Below, in pieces: positions 9,433 to 18,973 of a DNA stretch of 64,000 nucleotides. The notes beneath the pieces were generated by a model. It worked only from the letters and a program-made list of their open reading frames with translations, was not told the DNA's origin and made no database searches. The DNA lies in assembly GCA_965247635.1 (NCBI GenBank), contig CBDFHJ010000008.1, positions 252,381 through 316,380 on the forward strand. Reading direction: 5' to 3'. Source of the DNA: Dehalococcoidia bacterium (GTDB lineage Bacteria; Chloroflexota; Dehalococcoidia; Lucifugimonadales; Australimonadaceae). Every line of letters starts with the position of its first letter. Position 1 is the stretch's first letter. The translations under genes were made by a program, and so were the position numbers.

Positions 9433-9957
9433 ATGGAGGTCCGCGGAATCAACCACCTGGCCCTGGTCACCGGCGACATGGATGCCACGGTCCGGTTCTA
9501 CCGAAACGCGCTAGGCATGGAGGTGGTGGCCACCACGGGCAACCGGCCCGACTCATATCCCTTCCGCCACTATTTCTTCAAGCTGGGCCCGCATACCACC
9601 TTGGCCTTCTTCGAATGGCCGGAAATGATGGAGCCCTTTCACAAGCCCGCCGGCCTGCCCGCCAAGGGCCGTTGGCAGTTCGACCACCTCTCCTTCGACG
9701 TGGAGGACGAAAGCGCGCTGTTGACATTGCGCGGCCGGCTGGAGGCCCACGACGTCGAGGTCACGCCGGTGGTTGACCACGACTTCATTCAGTCCATCTA
9801 CTTCACCGACCCTAACGGCATCGCCCTGGAGGCCAGCTATTGGGTCAAGGATGCCACCGAGGGAGCGCCCGACCAGAGCGACGCCTTCCTATTCGGCGAC
9901 CCCGACCCGGTCCCGGCGCTGCAGGAGCGGCTGCCGTCGCAATCGCCCACTCGCTGA
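9433..9957 (+). CDS. VOC (glyoxalase) family protein
   Basis: GINHLAL, FDHLSF and SIYFTDPNGIALE motifs. Confidence 0.9.
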   Translation: MEVRGINHLALVTGDMDATVRFYRNALGMEVVATTGNRPDSYPFRHYFFKLGPHTTLAFFEWPEMMEPFHKPAGLPAKGRWQFDHLSFDVEDESALLTLRGRLEAHDVEVTPVVDHDFIQSIYFTDPNGIALEASYWVKDATEGAPDQSDAFLFGDPDPVPALQERLPSQSPTR

Positions 9958-10012
9958 TTGGTCTCGCTGAGCGACCCCACCAAGCGCTCTAACGGGGCGG
10001 ACCCCGTGGCGT

Positions 10013-13000
10013 TTACGGCTCCGCCAGGGCGAAGACATCCGTCCCCTGGAAGAGCACCTGCCGGGCATATGCTATTGGCTGACCGAAGGTGTCCTCGCCC
10101 GTGACCACCAGCGTCACCACTATCGTGTCACTGGGGTTAGGGTCAACGTTTAGGAAGTCCGCGTTAAGGGCCATCACGTCATAGCTGTAAGAGAACTCCC
10201 CGTCCTGGGCCGACAGCGGACCGCTTTCCAGCACCGTGCCCGTCATGTTGGTGGTGTAATGGACGGCAGTATCTGTAAGGTCAGATGGTAGATCACCGTT
10301 GATAGTGAAGCCGTAATTCCCATCAAAACGGGTTTGTCGAGTAAGTTCAGCTCCCGTACGTGCTGTGTCGATGGTGAGGAGGTTGGCGGAACCCTCAGGG
10401 CCCACGTAGAAGACGTATGACCCGTCGCTAGTCCCGAGAACGCCGCCTGTCGGGAACGGCTCCTCCACTTGGCCGGCCGAGGTCATTCCGTCGTGGGTGA
10501 CGCGCACGTTCACCGTGTAGATACCTGGTTCGGTCACCACGAAATCATCGTCGGAGTCGTAGAGGTAGCCGATCTTGTTGGCCCTGCCCTCCAATGCTAC
10601 GGTCCCACCGCTTGGGGTGGTGACCGTGGCCTCCGCCAAGGACGGAAGGGTGGGCCACATGGCTCCGCTGAAAGAGAAGGTGTCCCCCACTTCCAGCACG
10701 CTACCAGGCATCACACCTACGGGCGTCAAGAAGGTGTCGACCTCCTGCCCCTTGATGGTCAGGATTGGCCCGCCGCTGGGGCCTCCCGCCGCCCCCTGGA
10801 ACGGAGGAAAGACACGCTGGTTAAGGGGAGTGCCCGCGGGGATCATCACGGCCATGGACCCGTAGATGGCGTACTCGTTCACGCCGGAGTCCGCGTCTCG
10901 GTAGACGACGCCTCCATACTGAAGCTTGATATCACCGGGCCGATCCCCATCGTTACCGTTCCCAAGCTGTCCGTTGTACGGATCGCCGAGCTGCCAGTAG
11001 GACCGCTGCACGTCGCCCGTACCAATAAAGCTTCGGATCGTGACTCCGGGCCGCTGAACGCTGGTATAGAAGTAGGCCAACTCATCGGCGATCTCTGGAT
11101 ATTGCACCCCTGGGTATTCCCCTGGTTGGATTCTTGGAAACAGGACCTCCATCTCGCCCGTTGCCTCTTTCCTTTGGTTCCGAGGCTCTTCTCCAAGGTT
11201 GGTGACCCCCTCGGGGTCATGGACGGTAATAAAAGGGGGCGATGGCCACTCCGGCGTCCGAGGCCCACGCTATGTCTCCGGTGTGGTACGGGTAAAAGAG
11301 CTGGATGCTCGTCCCAGGTTCCTCTCCCGTCTGTCCTGGTGGATCAATGTTCTGCGCGAAGAACCACGGGGGAGTATCCTCCAGCTCCTGGCCTGGCAGC
11401 CTGAGACCCCGCCTCCCGTGGGCGACCAAGGTGGTGTCTGGGGTCTCCACTACCGATGTACCCCTCTCGGCTCCCATCCACAGGACACCCGACGAGTCGG
11501 TATAGCTGGCGGTGATGTCCACTACGTACTCACCTGGCGCCGTAATGGCGAGCTGCTCGGCATCGGTACCTGGGTGGAAGTAACCGAACGCGTTGGCTTC
11601 GCCGGTAACGGTCGTCGAGAGCACGTCCCCGGCGCTCGAATTGGGGAAGAGCTTGAGGACAATTTCTACGTCCGCCGGCACACCCGGCCTCACGTGGACC
11701 ACTGGGGACATCACGTCGCCCACCTCGAAGGGTGTGTTCAGGAAAGTACCAAGGTCCAGGTCGAGCGTTTCGGCGACATAGACGTCGTAGCTGCCCCCAC
11801 CCCTGTAGGTGGTGCCGGTGGCGTCCTGAATCCAGCCCTCCATGGTGACAAGGTACTGACCATACTCGTCGAACTGGTACTCGAAGGATGGGTCCAACGT
11901 AGTTAGTTCGTAGAGGGTTAGTAGCGAAGTTGGGCCGAAAAACCTCTCCTGGTTCAGAGCTTTTTTAGCGCGTCCAGAACGGAAGGGGGCTGTCCCCAGG
12001 TCGTCGGTCATTCCGTCAGGGCGGGTCACGGTGACGTGCAGCTCGCCTGAAGGGAAGAGGAAAGAGACGAGAGGCGGAGCCAGCCTGTCAGGCCCGCCTA
12101 TTAGATATCCAACGGTGGGCAGGAAGGGCTCCAGCCGGTAGGACAGGGGTTCCCCTGACTGAGGGTCATCCTTCGGGATGATGAACTTGTCGGCGTTGAA
12201 GGCAACCTTGGTCCCCAGCTCGAAGGTGCCCTCGTCCTCTCGGGCAACGGCGCCCCGAGTGCCGTTGCTTGAGGTATTAGCCAGGAGCATCCAAGGGATT
12301 GTGGGATCTGTCGCCACACCGATTCGGAAGGCTGGCAAGAGGGTCTGAGTGGCCGCGCTGCGCAGCAACAGTCCTTCTTCATTCCCGATAGGAGGTATAT
12401 CGGAGCGCCCTTCCGCCCATAGCGAACTAGGCATCCAATCGATTTTGCCAACGTAGCAGCCTGATGGCAGCCACTCTGGGATAGCGTAGGAAAAAGTGGC
12501 CCTGACGCCGACCGCAGTGCCGACCCGCTCAGGGCTCTGGAGAACTGTTTCAAATAGACGGGGGTGCCCCTCGTAGCCACTTCGAGAGAAGATGGGTAGT
12601 CCCGTAGGCGCCATGAGTACGGGCACTAGAGTGGCTTGGATCGGCTTTCCCTCGGCATCACTGATGCGGGAAAAGGTCAGTTGAGGTTGGGATCGAAGGA
12701 TCTCCCCGCTCAGATCCACGTCCAGCGTTTCATCGATGTTGGGAGAGGTGTAGGTCAAGTCGATGGCGTATTCGATAGTTTGCCCTTGCTGGAAGCTCCA
12801 GCCGTTCTGGACTCCCTCCGCGACCCAGTAACCCGTTCCGAACCGGTCTGGCGCAGCCGTGGTGAAGGGGATCTCCGTGGGCGATAGCGGCGTTTTCGGG
12901 TTTATGGTGATCTGAAGCACGGGGCTCCCCTGCCACCATGCCTGGGCATTATCGTCGCCATAGCTGATAGCAACTGTCGACGCGTCAGGGGCCAGCACTC

Positions 13001-13577
13001 GTGCCTCAAAACTACCGTCTGACGCTGAAGTCGTTTCGATGCTCGCACCTGTTTGCAGGCTCTGCAGAAAGACGGTGTAGCTCCCCGGCACCGCGCCTGC
13101 GGTTCCGTGCACCGTCACCATGTCGTCGGCGTCCACCGCGGAGAAGGTGATTTTGTTCAAGTCTGGTGGCGTGTAGAGCGGCTCACCGACAGGAGGCTGC
13201 AGTGAAGCCACAGTTACCGCTGGCCTTACGCCCGGCTGAGGGAGTGAAGGAGGAGTTGGTGTGGGCGATGGTGTCGGCGTGGGCGATGGTGTTGCTTTTA
13301 CAGTAGCCTCAGGCGTAGGGGTCTGCGTGGGAGTAGCAGTGGCAGAAGGCGTGCTCGTCGGCGTGGCAGTCGGCGTGGGCGTCGGTGTTGAGGTGGGCTC
13401 GGACGTAGGGGTCTGCGTGGGAGTAGCGGTGGCAGAAGAGGCGCCCGTTGAGGTGGCGGTTGGCGTGGCTTCAGACCCGGTGCAGGCCAGTAGCAATAGC
13501 GTGGCCCCTGCCAAGGCAGTCCACCACCAGGCCCATCGCGTTCCCCCTGCTGCCCTCGTGGCCCTAGTCACCCTCAT
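10013..13577 (-). CDS. large secreted lipoprotein with a Pro/Thr linker and beta-rich body, split by a +1 frameshift near 11230-11240
   Basis: Lipobox LLLAC and TP repeats. Deleting one base in CCCCCTTTT joins ...IAPF to ITVHDPEGVTNLGEE...MEVLFPR, giving about 1187 aa. Confidence 0.8.
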
Positions 13578-13743
13578 GGGAGCCTCCTTGTGTTTGGTCG
13601 GTCATCCCCATAGACTCCCGCGCAGTCTAGCACCCAGGAGGAGGGCATGAGGCCGAGGCGGTCGAGCATCGTGTGCCCACCCTCGTCTCAAGGCCTTAAG
13701 CTCGTGCCCGCGGGTTAACCGATCAAGTCTCGGCAGATAAGAA

Positions 13744-13774
13744 GGCCCCCTTCACAAGTGTTGTGAAGGGGGCC
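13744..13774 (-). terminator. perfect 14-bp stem hairpin
   Basis: GGCCCCCTTCACAA-GTG-TTGTGAAGGGGGCC downstream of the SRPBCC gene. Confidence 0.7.
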
Positions 13775-13827
13775 AACGCCATCACTGAATCCGATAGCCA
13801 CGGGCGGGACCTATCCAGCCCTGGCCG

Positions 13828-14310
13828 CTATCCCTCGGCGGCCTTCTTCAAGTTCTCCAGGGTCTTGTCCATGCCGTTGGCGACGTCTACGCCCCGCCCT
13901 GCTTGGTAGGCCTCCGTGCCCCCAAACATAGTGCGCCCTACATCGCCCAGGTCCACCTCCACCTCGTGCACCACCTGGGTGCCACCGCTCTGGGGAGTCA
14001 GATGGTGCCACCACTGGATGCGCCGGAGAGGAACGGGCGGCACCGGGATCCACGACATGCTTTTGGGCGCGTCGTAGTTGACCACCACGGAAGTGGCGGC
14101 GAACTCCATGGTCTGGTCTCCTATCGTAATCTTCTCATTCGCCTCGATCATCGTGCCCAGGCCGACCGGGCCCTTCGTGAGCTGCCGCACCTCCACCAGT
14201 TCGCCGCTGCCAGCCAAGTCCTTGTGCCGCGTTAGGTCGCTGATGATGCCAAAGACAACCTCCGCGGGCGCCTTAATAAAGGTCTCTTTACGGACCTGAA
14301 GGTCGAGCAC
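13828..14310 (-). CDS. SRPBCC/polyketide cyclase family protein
   Basis: IKAPAEVVFGIISD N-terminus and GMDKTLENLKKAAE C-terminal helix. Confidence 0.85.
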   Translation of the reverse strand: MLDLQVRKETFIKAPAEVVFGIISDLTRHKDLAGSGELVEVRQLTKGPVGLGTMIEANEKITIGDQTMEFAATSVVVNYDAPKSMSWIPVPPVPLRRIQWWHHLTPQSGGTQVVHEVEVDLGDVGRTMFGGTEAYQAGRGVDVANGMDKTLENLKKAAEG

Positions 14311-14451
14311 AATGGGTCTCCTATGGGTGGACAGAGTGACGCGACGATAGCAGCGGGGTGCCCGACTGTCAATGGCTGTTTTTCTGTATGAATAGCATTA
14401 GGGAGGCGACAGGCTTGGCCTCACGGCCTCATTCCCGGTCTTACCACCTCG

Positions 14452-15729
14452 TTACAGGAGGGTCGCCTGCTTCGTTATGCTCGAACGTTCCTCACCCTCT
14501 GGCCAGATGTGAACGGTCCCATACACGCCGTCGTACCCCGACTGCACCAACACCTCACCGTCGCGTACACGGCCCAGGCCCACCGCCACGCGCTCCCCCG
14601 CCACGGCCGCGATGCGCTCCAGCGGCGCCGACTGCAGCAGGTGCAACTCAGACCCTATCTCCTCCACCAGCCGTTGGTAGACCGACTGCACGGCCTTGCT
14701 TCCCGTGCCCTTTCCCAGCGCCGCGGCCAGCACTTCCTGGAGCGGCACCATCCGTATGAACGGGGGCCGTACCCCCGCCGGGTCCGTCAGCAGCCCCGGC
14801 TGCGATAACACGGCCTCTCCCCTGCCCGCCAGCGTCTCCAGCCGGTGGGCCACCCCCAGCGTTAGTCGCCGCCCACAATTTGGGCAGCGGTCGCCCTGCC
14901 GCAGCGTCTGGTCCGGCGACTGACACACCTGGCACCGCCGGTGACCGTTGAAGTGGTACTTGCCTTCCTCGGGGAAGAACTCGACGGTGTAGGCGATGCT
15001 CCCCGTTGCCAAAGCCTGCCGAAACCCCGCGTAGCTCAGCTCGCCGTCGAAGACCGTGACCTCTCGGCCAAGGCGTGCCGGGGAGTGGGCGTCGGAGAAA
15101 GAAACGATGGCCAGTCCGTCCAGCTCCGGCACCCGCCAGTTCATCGCCGGGTCGCTGGAAAGCCCTGTCTCCACCGCCGTGATCTGCGGCAGCATATCGC
15201 CGAAGCACTCCTCCAGCGAGTCGAACCCGCCCCTGGAGCCGAAGACGCCGTACCACGGCGTCCACGCGTGTGCCGGAAACACGATGCACCGGGGGTCGGC
15301 CTCCATCGCCATCTCCACCAGGTCTCGGCCAGACAGGCCGAGGGTCGGCCGTCCGTCGAAGGCCAGCTTGCCCCACGGTGCAAGGGCCTCGCACAGCCGG
15401 TCCACCGCCTCGAAATTGGGAGCGTAGAGCAGTAGGCGGATGCGCCGCGTTCGGCCACCCTGCGCGTACACGCAGCTCACCTCCGTGCCCAGGATGAAGC
15501 GCGGTCCCGGTGAGGTGGAAGCGCCGCTGGACAGGCTGAACAACTCGCCGGGGCTATCGTCGAGCTTCGTCCGCAGCTCCGCCAGCCAGGCGGGGTGGGT
15601 GAAGTCCCCCGTGGCCAACAGGTCGATTCCCTTGACTCGGGCCCACGAGTCCAGGGTCTCCAACGTTAGCTGCGGGCTCGTGCCCATGGCGTAGCGGGAG
15701 TGGATATGCAGGTCGGCAACGTAGCTCAT
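14452..15729 (-). CDS. endonuclease Q-like PHP-domain protein
   Basis: ADLHIHSRY, TGDFTHP, PAHAWTPW, ETGLSSDP, SDAHS, GKYH..GHR.C and CPNCG zinc-finger motifs. Confidence 0.9.
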   Translation of the reverse strand: MSYVADLHIHSRYAMGTSPQLTLETLDSWARVKGIDLLATGDFTHPAWLAELRTKLDDSPGELFSLSSGASTSPGPRFILGTEVSCVYAQGGRTRRIRLLLYAPNFEAVDRLCEALAPWGKLAFDGRPTLGLSGRDLVEMAMEADPRCIVFPAHAWTPWYGVFGSRGGFDSLEECFGDMLPQITAVETGLSSDPAMNWRVPELDGLAIVSFSDAHSPARLGREVTVFDGELSYAGFRQALATGSIAYTVEFFPEEGKYHFNGHRRCQVCQSPDQTLRQGDRCPNCGRRLTLGVAHRLETLAGRGEAVLSQPGLLTDPAGVRPPFIRMVPLQEVLAAALGKGTGSKAVQSVYQRLVEEIGSELHLLQSAPLERIAAVAGERVAVGLGRVRDGEVLVQSGYDGVYGTVHIWPEGEERSSITKQATLL

Positions 15730-15771
15730 GGCGCCGGTTGGATTATAGCCGGGCGCCGCCTCGGGTGCGGG

Positions 15772-15906
15772 TTGACAGGAAAGCAGGCTGGATGATACCG
15801 TAAACGGCATCGACATGGGATAAACGTGTCGTGCCATGTCCCGACGATGGGACCTGTGTCGCAACGAAAAAGCGTGGCCCTGTCCTTTCACGGACGGGCC
15901 TTTTTC
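15772..15906 (+). promoter_or_regulatory. ilvB promoter and leader ending in an intrinsic terminator (attenuator-like)
   Basis: TTGACA at 15772 and TGnTACCGT; hairpin GGCCCTGTCC-TTTCAC-GGACGGGCC followed by TTTTT at 15876-15905, 12 nt before the ATG. Confidence 0.65.
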
Positions 15907-15917
15907 TACGGTGGTGT

Positions 15918-17657
15918 ATGACGGACCGGATGACAGGCGCCCAAGCCATCTGCGAATCGCTCCTGCGGGAGGGTGTCGATGTCACCTTCGGCATCCCGGG
16001 CGGTGCCATCCTGCCCTTCTACGACGCCCTCTACCACTACCCCCAGCTGCGGCACGTGCTGATGCGCCACGAGCAGGCCGCCGCTCACGCGGCCACCGGC
16101 TACGCCCGTGCCGCCGACCGAGTGGGCGTATGCGTGGCCACCTCCGGCCCCGGCGCCATCAACCTCATGTCCGGTCTCGCCGACGCCAAGATGGACTCCA
16201 CGCCCGTGGTGGCTATCACTGGTCAGGTGGCCCGGCCGTTCCTCGGGACCGAGGCCTTTCAGGAGTGCGATACCACCGCCATGGCCGCACCCCTCGTCAA
16301 GAAGACCTACCTGGTGATGGACCCCAAAGAGCTGCCCGCGGTCATCCACGAGGCGTTCCAGGTCGCACGAGCGGGCCGTCCCGGGCCTGTCCTCATCGAC
16401 GTGCCCAAGGACGTTCAGGCCGAGACGGCTGAGCTCAGCTACCCGACGGATAAGGTCCAGTCGCCCTCTTCCGACCCAGCGATAGGCCCGCTGTTACAGA
16501 AGGCGGCCCGATTGCTCAACGAAGCAGAGCGGCCGCTCATCATCGCGGGCAACGGCGTTCACCGTTCTGGAGCCTCCGGCGATCTCATCGCCCTAGCCGA
16601 AAAGGCGAACATCCCGGTAATCAACACGCTCCACGGGACCGGTGCCTTTCCACGGCGGCACCCGCTGGCCCTGGGTATGCTGGGCATGCACGGCATGTAC
16701 TGGAACAACATCGCCACCGGCGAGTGCGACGTCCTCCTGGCAGTGGGCATGCGGTTCGACGACCGGGTCATCGGAAGGCCCGGCACCTTCGCCGCCAACG
16801 CCAAGGTCATCCACGTCGAGATCGAGCCGACGCAGGTCAACAAGCACGTTCCTGCCCACCTGGCCATTATTGGCGACGCCAAGCGCGTGCTGATGGAGCT
16901 ACTGCCCCTGGTCCAGAGCCAGCCCCGTACAAGCTGGTTCGCCCATATGGCGGACCTCCAGCGCGACCATCCGAGCATCGAGGTCCCCGAGGGCGACGCT
17001 CTAACGCCTCAGTTCGTGCTGGACCGGCTGAACGCCCAACTGCGGCGTCATGCGGACCCCCTCGTCGTCACCGGGGTGGGCCAGCACCAGATGTGGTCGG
17101 CCCAGTTCCTGTTCATCGACAAGGCCCACAGCTTTATCACCTCGGGCGGACTTGGCGTCATGGGGTTCGAAGTCCCCGCGTCCATCGGCGCGCAGGTCGG
17201 CAGGCCAGAGGCCACGGTCTGGACGGTGGCGGGTGACGGTGGCTTCCAGATGACCTTGCAGGAGCTGGCCACCATCGCCCAAGAGCACTTGCCCATCAAG
17301 TTCGTCATCATGAACAACGGCTACCACGGCATGGTCCGCCAGTGGCAAGAACTCTTCTACGACCACCGCTATAAGGCGGTGGCCTTCGCCCATCAGCTGG
17401 ACTACGTGAAGTTGGCCAGTGCCTTCGGGATTGCCGGTGCCCGAGTCGAGGGAAAAGCTGAGGTGGAAAACGCCCTGGTCAAGGCCGCTGCTCACGACGG
17501 GCCGTACATCCTAGACATGGCCATCACACCAGAGGAGAACGTCTACCCCATGGTGCCGCCTGGTGCGACCCTGGCCGAGACGGTGGAAGACCCACGAGTG
17601 GTGCACCTGCGCCAGCCGGTGACCGCCGCGCCAGAGGGTACCGTCAGCTATCCCTAA
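15918..17657 (+). CDS. ilvB: acetolactate synthase large subunit
   Basis: FGIPGGAILP, RHEQ, TSGPGA, AFQE, GMRFDDRV, GDGGFQM...NNG and MVRQWQ motifs. Confidence 0.95.
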   Translation: MTDRMTGAQAICESLLREGVDVTFGIPGGAILPFYDALYHYPQLRHVLMRHEQAAAHAATGYARAADRVGVCVATSGPGAINLMSGLADAKMDSTPVVAITGQVARPFLGTEAFQECDTTAMAAPLVKKTYLVMDPKELPAVIHEAFQVARAGRPGPVLIDVPKDVQAETAELSYPTDKVQSPSSDPAIGPLLQKAARLLNEAERPLIIAGNGVHRSGASGDLIALAEKANIPVINTLHGTGAFPRRHPLALGMLGMHGMYWNNIATGECDVLLAVGMRFDDRVIGRPGTFAANAKVIHVEIEPTQVNKHVPAHLAIIGDAKRVLMELLPLVQSQPRTSWFAHMADLQRDHPSIEVPEGDALTPQFVLDRLNAQLRRHADPLVVTGVGQHQMWSAQFLFIDKAHSFITSGGLGVMGFEVPASIGAQVGRPEATVWTVAGDGGFQMTLQELATIAQEHLPIKFVIMNNGYHGMVRQWQELFYDHRYKAVAFAHQLDYVKLASAFGIAGARVEGKAEVENALVKAAAHDGPYILDMAITPEENVYPMVPPGATLAETVEDPRVVHLRQPVTAAPEGTVSYP

Positions 17658-17943
17658 CCCCCGCCTCCGCCTATGCGCGTTTGTTATCATCGCGTCTGAG
17701 ACCTCTGTCTATTTACGGCTTCATGGGCCGGTAATTGCAGGTTCTCACTCGTCGAATTTTCTCCCTAAAATCGCACATCAGTTCCATTGACTTTGCCCCA
17801 TTCGGCCCCCTATGGTTCCACCATTGTTTGGGGGATTTCCCCCACCTCCTTGGTTGCAGGAGTGAGGGTTTTCACACCTCGAAAGTCTGCTCGAGGACCC
17901 TTTCCTACGACCGCTGATCATCAATCTTACCTGGGGATCTGCT

Positions 17944-18780
17944 ATGCGAGGCACCACCGCCGTCCACCTCTTATTCGATGGTCAAGCGAAAGTGGACGGA
18001 GGCGTGCTCTTCGGGCAAGTACCTAAGGGGCAGTGGCAAGAGTGGGCGCCCGCCGACCGGCGCAACCGGGTCCGCCTGGGGCTCAACTGTCTGCTGGTCC
18101 AGATCGGCGGCCGCAACTTTCTGATTGACACCGGCATCGGACAGAAGCTCTCGATGGCCATGCGGGATACTTACGGCGTCACCACCACCCATCTGCTCCA
18201 ATCGCTCAAGAGTCACGGCCTCGCTCCGCAAGACATCAACGGTGTCATACTCAGCAGCCTGCACTTCGAACACACCGGCGGCTGCACCAGATGGGACCGA
18301 CGAGGGGAGCTGGTGCCCGCTTTCCCTCAGGCCACCTACTACATCCAGTCCAAGGCGTGGGAGGAGGCCATGGCCCCGAACGAGCGCGATGCCGGCATTT
18401 ACTCCCCGGATGACTTCATGCCCCTGTACGAAAAGGGCTGTTTGGAATTGCTCGACGGTGATACTCAGTTGGCGCCCGGGCTCCAGGTCCGCTGCACTGG
18501 GGGGCCTTCCGCCGGACACCAGGTTGTCCTGATAGCCAACGGCGGTGAGTGGATCGGCTACCTGGGGGACCTCGTACCCACTCCGTTCCATCTCCAGCTT
18601 TCTTGTATCTCCGCCGCCGACCGCGCGCCGGAGGATACGCTGAAGGGCAAACGCCAGGTGCTAGCCGAAGCCTCCAGCAACGGTTGGTTACTCGTCTTTA
18701 GCCACGGCATCAATCAACGGTCCGGCTACTTGGAGCATCGCAACGGCCGCTCTTACCTCCGTCCGGTGGAGCTGAGCTAA
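17944..18780 (+). CDS. YtnP-like MBL-fold hydrolase with a degenerate metal motif
   Basis: DGG.LFG.VPK, LIDTGIG and GDLVP motifs; the HxHxDH motif reads SLHFEH. Confidence 0.85.
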   Translation: MRGTTAVHLLFDGQAKVDGGVLFGQVPKGQWQEWAPADRRNRVRLGLNCLLVQIGGRNFLIDTGIGQKLSMAMRDTYGVTTTHLLQSLKSHGLAPQDINGVILSSLHFEHTGGCTRWDRRGELVPAFPQATYYIQSKAWEEAMAPNERDAGIYSPDDFMPLYEKGCLELLDGDTQLAPGLQVRCTGGPSAGHQVVLIANGGEWIGYLGDLVPTPFHLQLSCISAADRAPEDTLKGKRQVLAEASSNGWLLVFSHGINQRSGYLEHRNGRSYLRPVELS

Positions 18781-18790
18781 CAGGACGCGT

Positions 18791-18856
18791 CCTGCACCCA
18801 CTTGCGGTGTTCCCCGTCGCCCGAAGCCCACGGAGCGCCGGCAAGCCCCCGCCGGG
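18791..18856 (-). repeat. copy of the CCGGCG.GGGCTTG...GGGGAC.CCGCAAGTRGGT repeat family
   Basis: Reverse complement matches modules at 30036-30215, 37084-37382 and 44808-45060. Confidence 0.7.
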
Positions 18857-18915
18857 CTGCTTCTAGGCAGCAGGGCTTTTACTCCCACCGAGCGAGCGTA
18901 TAGACGACGGACGCG

Positions 18916-18949
18916 AAAAAGGCCTGAGGCAAGCGCCCTCAGGCCTTTT
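18916..18949. terminator. bidirectional intrinsic terminator
   Basis: AAAAAGGCCTGAGG...CCTCAGGCCTTTT between convergent genes. Confidence 0.85.
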
Positions 18950-18973
18950 AACGTCATGCCGACGAAGCAGCGG

